The notes beneath the pieces were generated by a model. It did no database searches and was not told the DNA's origin. It was given only the letters and a program-made list of their open reading frames with translations. Shown one piece after another: positions 54,120-64,000 of a DNA stretch of 64,000 nucleotides; position 1 is the first letter of the stretch, and each line of letters starts with the position of its first letter. The stretch comes from Phoronis australis (lineage: Eukaryota > Animalia > Phoronida). Position numbers and translations under genes: made by a program. The DNA lies in the NCBI GenBank assembly GCA_002633005.1, contig NMRA01000441.1, positions 1-64,000 on the forward strand. The letters are read 5' to 3'.

Positions 54120-55865
54120 AGCGAGTGTGTTGATTGTTCGGCTAACGCGAGTCGTGATGTCGGAGCAAAACACCGTGAAAAATTCTTAACAATGGACTGT
54201 AAATTGATATCTTGACACTTAAACCGCTGTCATCTTGAGTCGTGAAACTAAACTAGAGTTGGTGTACGTCGCATTTGAAATATGTTTTCGGCCAACTTGG
54301 TTGCCAGTTTGTGCCCGTTCTTAAATCGTTGATGAAGATATTATTGTGGACTAGGGCCCTGCGACGGTCTTAATATTTGCTTGACACGGCCTCTAACGGA
54401 ACAAAATTCAGCCTACTTATTACGTTGAAGCAACTCTTTTATTTACAGCATTTAAGCACCTACAATGAGGTAAGAGCTAACTTAGAGCTTGGGAAATAAA
54501 TATGACTAACGTGCTCAGTGTCCTGTTTTTGTGTACGTCTTGTATTCCAGCTTTGCTATGTGTCCGAGTCTACTGTCGCGTACGTCGTGGTAGCGGATGC
54601 AATAGTACGCAGATCTATAGATTGGGTGCCTGTAGATAAAAACATATGGTAAGGTACGCCGATCATCATGCTCACTTTTCCAGCGGTATAACACAACAAT
54701 GTGTAAATCGTGGTTGTGGAATAATAACATGTGCTTGCTCAACTCAAAGTCATCCAGTTTTCGACTGCCTGTTGCCGGCTTTGCAAAGTCTGCGACTAGA
54801 AATTCGCCCTAAGTTTGATATGTCGCCATAATTGTCAGCAGCAAATGTACCGACTTTGGGGTTTTAACACTCTTCATCTTTAAGAAGGTTCGCCGGGTGC
54901 GAAGGCTTCAGTGGCCTGTTGCATGAAGATAAAGCAGTATTAAAAGCAACAATTAGTGTTCTTTTGCGCAAGTCCACAAATAGCTCAGTCGACTAATGTT
55001 TCATGCAACCGACACAGAAACAGCGGTTGACTTGGAGATATGCTCCTTAGGACATTTTTATGTGTATGGGCCCGGTCAAAAGAGTATCATCACTAGTCAT
55101 AGTGCCTGGATCGAGACGAAAAGTCATGAGGTCGGGTACGTACCACAAGACGTACGCTGCAGGTTGGGCGCCGCGCGGGCGGATCCCATAGGATCATGCA
55201 GACGGATTGGGGTCCGCTCACCTCTGGAAGGCATAGGGCTAGGACACTTGCATTGCTCTGTAGAAGCTTTGACACAGTGTGGTTAACCGGGATGTTGATT
55301 TAGATCCCTAGATCCGCGCCTGTGGTTGGGTTTCGATTTATCCGACGATCGACCATGTCGAAAACGACCAGAGTGCCATCAGTGTACGAAAGATATCAGC
55401 CAATGAAAAGTATTCCGTTCAGTTGACTTATCTGACTAAGATAACTTCCTTACTGTATTTTCAATTGAAGGCATTTGTAAGAAAGTTACGTACTCACAGC
55501 TTAGCCTCACTTCTAACGTGCCGGGCCTTACTGCCACTAGGGGGCATTTGGTACCCACACCATCGCAGCAAATAGTCTGCAAGAAAGCTATTGGAGACAA
55601 TATATAAGACTTACTGAGATCATTGATATCAAAATTGCGTATTGAAAATTACTTACTAAATGGAAAGCAAATTTTTAACATTGTGACACGTATTCTTTAA
55701 GCGATGTACTTGAAAGTAAACTGTTCATAGTTTACGAAGAAGTTTATCACTGATGCAAGACATTTGTCTGCTGAGTTACGCGCGCGTGCATTTTTATCCT
55801 ACTAAGCGATTTAACTGGCTAAGTTAGTGTGTATTTTTGCTTTCAGGGCTGAAGCATCATTGAAA

Positions 55866-58800
55866 ATGATTGCAGTGGAGGATCCGAGTGACGATACTGA
55901 CACTGAGTTTGAAAATGACTCGTGTAACAAATCCAAGGTCACGCAGTTTGTTAAGACGGCTGTTCGCAAAGCGTGTACAGTGGAAAATGCGAAGAAGAAA
56001 TTTCCTATATCTCTATGGCTTCCAAAATATAGGTAAACTTCTTTTTGAGTGTTAGTGTTTGCGTAATTGTCAGATTCAAAAGTTTAATTTTCTTTTTCAC
56101 AGACATTTTAGCAATAGCACATTTTTGCAGTGGCATTTCTTATGACATAATTTTTCCTTCCCAAATCAACGAGACAAAAATTACAATGGCTTCTTGATAA
56201 TAAAACGAGTGATACAGATTCACAAAGAACGTGTTTAATTTATTGAAACATTTAAGACAGGAATGAGTTAAATTCCACACTCCAAAATTAAAACTTCCAA
56301 GAACTGTGATTCTTGTAGAAGCACGGATTGTTTTCCAGAACACATTTCTACCGTATACCTACGAGTACGTCCTATCATAGCTTCAAAGCCGACCAAATAA
56401 TCATCAGGCCAAATTTTCACTAAGTCATTTTGTTGTACTTATAGGAAGGGCTGGTTTTTGGGGGACCTCGTGGCTGGATTGACCGTGGGTCTTACTGTCA
56501 TTCCGCAAGGATTAGCCTACGCACAGGTTGCAGAACTACCACCACAGGTCGGTAAGAAGCCAAACCCTTCTGCATGCATTCAATACTTGCCAAAATTTAT
56601 TATGACTTTCCTGGTACGAACTGCATCATGCATGTTCCAATGCAACAGTCTTCAACGATTTTGAAAATTACTGACGTTTTGGACCAAAATTCATCACGTC
56701 CTCGAGATTGAAAGCGATTTTCGAGCTTCAAAAGAACTGCCAGTCAAAATTAAAGTCAGAGGTGAAATCAAAATTGACGGAAACGTTACTTAATACGCAG
56801 AAAGCAGCATTTTCTTAGTTTTTAAGTTTATTTGTTGCCCCCTTCCGAACACTAGGCATAGTTACCGTAGTGATGATTGAGGCATTGGATTGGGTCTCAT
56901 GATTCCCTTCGCATCGTCCTCAGGCGACCAGGCTGAAAGGCTTAATTCTTTGCATATCGTAATTTTCTTTTTTTTACGCAGTATGGTTTATACAGCGCAT
57001 TTATGGGATGCTTTGTCTACTGTTTCTTGGGGACAGCAAAGGACATCACCCTGGGGCCTACCGCTATCATGTCGCTGATGATTGCCGAATTCGGGCACTC
57101 GCCAGTCCCGCACGACGCCACCTACGCCGTTATCCTTTCTCTGATAAGCGGGCTGTTGCAGCTGGTTTTAGGAATATTTCATTTAGGTATGTAAACGTAA
57201 AACATTCAAGTTGATTCAGCTGCAGTAAGACCAGCCTCCCGTTCAGTAACACTAGGACCTCGCTAAAAAGCAAGACTTCGCGAGATAACGTGAGATATGG
57301 CCGTGTATTTTAAGTGAGAACCCGTGACTTTAGCTAGATTTTAGCTAGGTCCTAGCGTAGGTTCTAGCGTAGGTCCTAGCGTTACTGAACGCACGACAGA
57401 TAACTATTTAGACACTTCAGCAAAGCTTTGGGTCCGAGTGCGACGATACATTGAGTGGGTGACTACCCGGCTAGGTCGGCGGCTCCAACTGAATCTTCAG
57501 TTTTCACTTAAGTCAAGAAATCATCTCATCGGACCGTGACTTGAATGACAACTTGGCTTCGCCTCGGTCATTACTTCATTCTGTGGTCTGAAAAACCAAG
57601 ACAAAGACTTTGGTGAAAGTCTACTGTATAATTGTATAGATTGAATAACACAAGATCGGTGGCACACGGATTGAATATTTTTCCTGAATGATGCACCCGA
57701 AAACCTCACAAGGTCAAAAATAAGTTCAGATGAATTCATCATTACCTTTGAATGATAAAATTTGTACATATTTCTATCACGATTACGGCAATTCTTCCCT
57801 TATTATGCACAAAAATCATCGTCAAAGCTTAACGTTTTGTCTGTTGTTCAAAACTTCGTTATTCTGCAACAAACCAATCTGAGAATGCACTAAAATTTTA
57901 ATGGACTTTTGTTTCTGATTAGAAATTTGACAAAAATAAAACTTCACATCATGTCCACATTACCATGAGTTATATCAAGGTGAGGAATTGCTGAAATTAA
58001 CTTTCTGAAACTCTCTCGCGTTTCAAAATACAGCCTAAATTGGTGCTGCTTAGAAACTTCAAACCTGTGTACTTGTTATCTTCACAGGCTTCTTAATCAA
58101 CTTCATATCATTTCCTGTGATAAGTGGATTCACGTCAGCTGCCGCTATCGTCATAGGTTTTAGTCAAGTGAAGGTAAGGCAACCATCAAAAGATACATGT
58201 ACATCCCCTAGCTATTGGGTATCAGTATAACTAAAGGAGCAGCAGTAAATATAGACCTATCCGGGGGCAATGTCGGGTTTTATGGACCGCGCGAAACTAG
58301 TGTTACCCGACGACGAAGGCCATATGAGTTGATATGCCCAATATTTCTGCATACTAAGCAAATGCAACTGAATCAAGCTATAAGTTCAATTCTCTCTCAG
58401 AGATACGTGACAGCTGCCAGTTTAGCTGTAGTATTAATGTCGCCAAGGAAAAGAGGAAACACTACGTACGTAAATCACTGACGTCATAAATAATTGAATG
58501 CATACTTCAACTTATTACACACCTAATGTTTAACTATTTTGTGTGAAAAGAATTTTTACTTTGTATGCGTTTGATTTACTCAGTTTGAAATTTACGAACG
58601 GGTTAGCAAAAGGTAGCCGCGCACCATTGGCGCCTAATCGGCGCTCAGCGCTAGATTGCATCGTCTAGGGCCTAACTGGAGTTAAATTAGCGCCACGTTT
58701 GCCGAGTCTGTCGATGCTGCCAATTTCTAACTGTCTGTAAATTTGCCAAGCGCGACCGCATGTGTGCTATCGATTGCTTATGTCTCGCCTGAGATAGTAC

Positions 58801-61800
58801 GCTTGTGCGTACTTTCATTGGTTTTGGTGTATGTGACATGTCAGCTGAAGCTGCTTCGGTAACAACGCTGTGTCCTGTGCCGCTATTTGTGCAGCACTGT
58901 GTGGGGTGTGCCCACCTGACGGACACGCGTAATCAGGAATCATTGATGCCGCATCCTGGGCAGGCCCTTGCCATACCCACGTTCATTTAATGCCACTGGC
59001 ATAGAAAGCGTGACATTGGTCAATAAGTGGTCAACCGGTGTAAGTTACAGTACGTAGGTACGTTCTGGAGGACAAAATAAAGTAGGCCTACGCGCATAAT
59101 TTGGTCCTTGATTACTGTACGTATGTACATAATCAAAAGTTGTTCATTCTCTTATTGGTCTAGTCTAGGAATTAATACTCATGCTGGTTCCTCGTAAAGC
59201 TTTTTCGTAACAAAATATATGTTTTCTTCAACTTTCCATTCGAGCCCTGGAAAAGAACGCCATTATCTTAGTTCTTTAAACGACTTTGTTCAAAAACTAA
59301 AGATTATCTTAAACAAAAAACTTTTCCTCGGCATTCAGCAACTTTGGGCAAAAAATTTTGTTTAAAGCACATTTGGAAAAAGTTTATCTCCCTCTTGTCT
59401 GCTGTTTCAAGCCTGAGTGTCAAAACACTACTGATTCTGCAATGTGGCCGCTTAAGTCTTTTGTTACGCGTCATACTTTTAATGAGAGTGTTCGTCCAGT
59501 GTGAACTTTTCTTTTCAGAAAATATTAGGTTTGACCGGAATACCACGGAAGTTTCTAGACCAAGTATACGTAACATTCAAGAAAATTCCAGATACAAAGT
59601 AGGTTGTTGACTGGATCAGTGTCTGTTCACAGAACTGCAGTACTGTACACCTGTATGTACATGCATACTAGTTAATCTCTGCATGTAGGATGTATTTCTG
59701 TTGAGAAGTTTTATGTAACTTAGTGGAAAAGTTTTTTGAACACACAACAATGTTCACGATTAATAATTAGCAACGATCTGAGTCGTTTGAGTTCTCTGTA
59801 TTTTTGGCAGTCGTTCGCAGCGCAACCGTAAAGCAGACGACCAAGAGACATGAACAAAGCTAATGCTTAGAATCTTGGTGGCAGCTATATTTCAAGACTG
59901 TTCATGTCTCATCATCAGGCAGAAATAACGAAAAAGATAGAATACGTGACGAAGGGTCGTAACCTCTCAGATGCAAGTTAATAGCAATGTTGAACACACA
60001 TACCAGGCGTGCGTTCAGTAGACGCTAGGAACTACGCTAGGACCTAGCTAAAACCTAATCAAAGTCACGCGCTCTCATTTAAAATGCACGGCAATATCTC
60101 ACGTATAATCTTCCGAAGTCTTGCTTTTTAGCGAGGTCCTAGCGTTTCTGAACGGGAGGCTGGAAAACGAACCCAGCATGCAACATACACCCGTGGGATG
60201 GCCATTCATAATGGTAGAACATGTACGTCTTTATGAATAGACAAGGGAAATGTTTCGTGCGTCAATCAGTATATGCTGTATTTTGAAATATCTATAATTA
60301 ATTCGTTTTTTCACAATTGCAGCGTGTGGGACCTTACTATGGGACTGATCTGTATTCTGATCCTAATACTTATGAAGGTGAGAAAGGAGCGCGAATGTGT
60401 CATCAGAGCGAAGCATTATTTAATGAATACTTGCCCCTGATTTAACAAGTTACCCGAAAACTGGTTCCACTAGCGGCTATTCCACAACTGTAGTACCTAG
60501 TCCCCGGATACTTTGAGCTAACTTGAACATTATTCAGCTAAAAACATTCCACAGAGCGGAGTGTAGTAAGGAGGATTTTTGATGCGAGGTGAGCGATATG
60601 TCTCCGTCACACAACTTTTTGTTCTGAGAACCCTTTTGTTTCGAAGATTTCTAAATCTGAAAGATATTTAGGCTAAAACATGCCCCCGACCGGACTGCGT
60701 TCCATAGAATAAATTTCTCACGAGAAAGGTGAGATCACGCAAACTTTCTCGAGATACCACCTGAGTACAAGTGAAGTACGTGGCCACATTAATTGTACCT
60801 TCGCTCAGGAACACGCTCCAAGTACCCTGGTATCAGCTAATGCTACAGGGACTTGCAGCTCGGTTGGACTGAATAGTAAGATTAAAAGTTCTGCTCTCCT
60901 TGAAGTTAGTCAAGCTTGCCAGGTAAAATTTGGGAGTACTTAATTGTTCTCTCTCTCGAAGAATCAGAATGTTAATATAACTGTATTTTACAACTGGATT
61001 GCATTTTAAATTTCACGTTTCGGATTACTTCAAACGTTTAAATTTTATCGTTGCTTTCGCAGCCTGTTTCTTTTTAACTGTACTAACTGTTTATATGCAA
61101 CCTTAAAGTTTTTTATTTTAGTTGTTGAAAGACATAACAGACAAAAAGGCGAAAAAAGACAAGCATCCAACTAAATTAAAAAAGGTTACCAGGAAACTAG
61201 TCTGGTTAATTTGCACGTGTAAGTATCGTAAATAGTGGCGATATCTTATTGTCCACTTTAGAAAAATCACTTTAACTGCCTAATTCACGTTTATCTTTAG
61301 GGAGCTAGTCACTGACCAAAGCCTCAGACGAACAAAATCACGGTTGCTTATGTCGTAAACATCAAGATAGCAATATAGAATTGATATTTTTAATGCAAAA
61401 TGCTCCTTACTTTCCGCGTAATAATGAATGAGAAGTAGTTGGTCTGTGGAGCATGCGAAGGCTGTAACAGGGTCAGCGGTGCAAAGTATGACGAAAACCC
61501 ATTTGCCGGTGTTTTCTGTGATGAGAGTCAGTCGTGACACTTTCCAATCTCCTGTACCTACATGTAATTTTAAAAGAAATTTGGGTACAAGGAATGCAAC
61601 AAACGCCATTAAAACTCAGTGACACCAGTTGGGAAAATTCTTATTTACAATCGTTTCTGTAATGTTCAAACATTTATTGTGTAACAAGAAATACGTGAAT
61701 TCAAACCCTTTCCTTATTAGTTGTCCGTTCAGGCAAAACTCTGTGGTGTACGTTCATGACTCACTTTAAAACATACACTGCACATTTTAAACTTATTAGA

Positions 61801-64000
61801 AGGCATAGTATCTTAAACTACGTTTATCACAAAATCGTATAAAGTTGAGCTCAGGAACTGGCAAGAAATCGTATTTAAACAAAACATATATTTACCAATA
61901 ATCTTCTCTTTTAGCCAGAAACGCCATAGTGGTTATCGTGGCTTCCGGAGTGGCCGCAGCGCTTTTAGCCAACGGAGTAGACGTTTTAACACTAACAAGC
62001 GAGATAACTCCTGGTTTGCCTGAATTCCGACTCCCGCAATTTACAATCAACACAACCAATATCACGAGAACCACGGCCCAAGTGTTCAGTGTAAGTTACC
62101 AATACACTAGTCGCATTTCTAGCTGAGTGAAAAATTTTCCAGTCGTATTCAATCACTTAAGTCATCGTTCGTTCATGTTGTAACGTTTCCTCTGAGGATA
62201 ACCATTGCAACATTTTACCACGGTATTCATCCACTTACTTCACACATTTTGTTCATTTCGAACACGAGAATTAATAGCAAATTAATGTATTGGTCCTCAA
62301 TTAGTTCGCACGAGGCTAACTAACGAGAATTTCTAGCCTCACCTATACATAATTCGCTCGAAAGTCGTTTGTTATTGAACCCTAAAAAGTCACAAGTGCG
62401 AATCCTCGTTACCAGTTGACTATTTCCAGGTAATACTTTTTTCATACTTTACAGAAATAAAAAATCTGCTATCACCATCACCTATATCCCTGCATCGTAT
62501 ACCTATTGACTTGTTAAACATAACGTATTATTTTGGGTTCTTCATTTTCAGGATCTGGGTGGTGGAATCGGGATAATTCCATTGATTAGTTTCTTGGAGA
62601 CGATCGCTATAGGTTCAGCGTTTGGTAAGTACATGATTTCAATAAAAAGATTCTTACAGTCAAAATTTTCATTGTTAACTACATGTCGGAGACAAAAACT
62701 TAAAAGATATGCAGTAAGATTGATGGTTCAAATTTTACAAAATGTTGAACGTGTTTTCACAGGTTTGGCAGAGTTGAACTTCTAGTCTTAATATTTGTGT
62801 TCGATTTTTTGTTCCAGCACCAATGAATAATTACCGTATTGACGCCAGCCAAGAGTTAATAGCCTTGGGCACTGCCAACGTCGTGGGGGCCTTCTGTTCC
62901 TCATACCCAGTGGCTGGGAGCTTTTCCCGGTAAGAGTATGTAAGGCTGATGAAGATGGCCTCGCTTTCGTCGAGAACTATTCGTGACATTTTACCAAAAG
63001 ATTTCGGAAAAATTCTCGAATAGACATTGCACGAAAAAGAAAATGTCTCTGTTTGATGTGTTCTGAAGGAAAACCTCTTCCCCCAAAGCTCTCAGAAGGC
63101 GAAATCGCGGCCATCGTCCAACTTGTATGAGGAGCTCATCCGCATGTTCGCGATGGAGTCTTCTACATTAGGCTAGGGAATACCATGACAAAACCGGTAG
63201 AATAACGCTCTTTGTCTTGTCATTGCGTAGGATTGCAGCCACGACATGAGAATGGATTTTACTTTGAATGAAATTTCAAATGACGATATTACTTCCACAA
63301 GTAATACATGCAAGGGAATAACTCCTAGAGAATAAAAACCATGACATTTGAATTCACGAAATGTCCTTGTTTTCAGGACGGCCGTGAATTGCCAGAGCGG
63401 AGTTAAAACGCCAGCAGGCGGTATATGGACTGGTGAGTATTGTAAATAATAAACCGCTTTTTGTTTCTATTTGCCACGGGGCACATAAAAAGGTGTTCTT
63501 CAGACTTTCATTAGAAATGATGTCATTTAATTCAAAATCTAATTGTATATAACAAGTAGTTAAATTGAGAGGCTTTCGTGCAATTCTTTTGCGCGGCGGT
63601 CTATCGTTTATTGAAAGCTAAACAAGAGCTCAAATCGTTCACTTACATGGTGCAGTTGTACATATACTGATTTTCAAGAGGGCAAAGAAACCGTAATCGC
63701 GGGCCTCGTAACTTTTACCGCGGAACAGAATCGTTAAAACCAAGGGGTCCATGCCCCCAAAAAATTTCCCAGATTCCATTTGGCAGTTCGGGGATGCGAA
63801 TGCCTGATGGGAAAAATCCCGGCTAATACTCTGCTCCGCCTCCTGTCCCCAACTCGAAATTCTGGATCCGCCCCTGCACAGTTGTTGTTTAAAGCGCTAC
63901 CGTTTCCTTCAGGTGGTCTCGTCATTCTAGCGTTGTTGCTTCTCACGCCCTATTTCGTTTTCATTCCTGATGCTGCTCTTGCCGCCGTCATCATCGCGGC
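55866..64000 (+). CDS. SLC26A11: SLC26/SulP sodium-independent sulfate anion transporter, 5' part (continues past the window)
   Basis: Exons 55866-56032, 56445-56547, 56982-57186, 58088-58173, 59519-59598, 60323-60377, 61122-61218, 61915-62090, 62552-62624, 62818-62929, 63377-63432 and 63913-64000. Motifs: [93 protein letters not shown]. Confidence 0.95.
57233..57395. mobile_element. MITE family A copy 4
   Basis: agcctcccgttcagtaacactaggacc...ggtcctagcgttactgaacgcacg. Confidence 0.8.
60005..60162. mobile_element. MITE family A copy 5
   Basis: aggcgtgcgttcagtagacgctagg...ggtcctagcgtttctgaacgggaggctg. Confidence 0.8.

Overview
Eukaryotic, AT-rich, intron-rich genomic DNA from a draft assembly with three N-gaps and several single-n joins. 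It is probably a marine invertebrate; this is inferred from gene and repeat content. Four spliced protein genes can be assembled by hand from GT-AG exons. (1) The 3' part of a class-V aminotransferase/cysteine desulfurase-like gene (+, 109-8975), with a frameshift in an A8 run. (2) A complete ENPP7-like ectonucleotide pyrophosphatase/phosphodiesterase (-, 19759-11401). (3) A complete WDR43/UTP5 (+, 29098-47826). (4) The 5' part of SLC26A11 (+, 55866->64000). Introns and intergenic DNA hold a varied set of mobile elements: a TTAA-flanked Kolobok-like transposon with convergent THAP and KolX/P2X7-ballast-like ORFs, an RTE-X-type LINE with a perfect 113-bp flanking duplication, two palindromic Penelope-like insertions with hammerhead-like cores, a Helentron-type HINE whose central array carries about 10 CTCF-like motifs, a pair of tRNA-like direct repeats enclosing an inverted repeat, and several MITE families. 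No CRISPR, rRNA or intact tRNA gene was seen. All calls come from reading the sequence; no database search was run.
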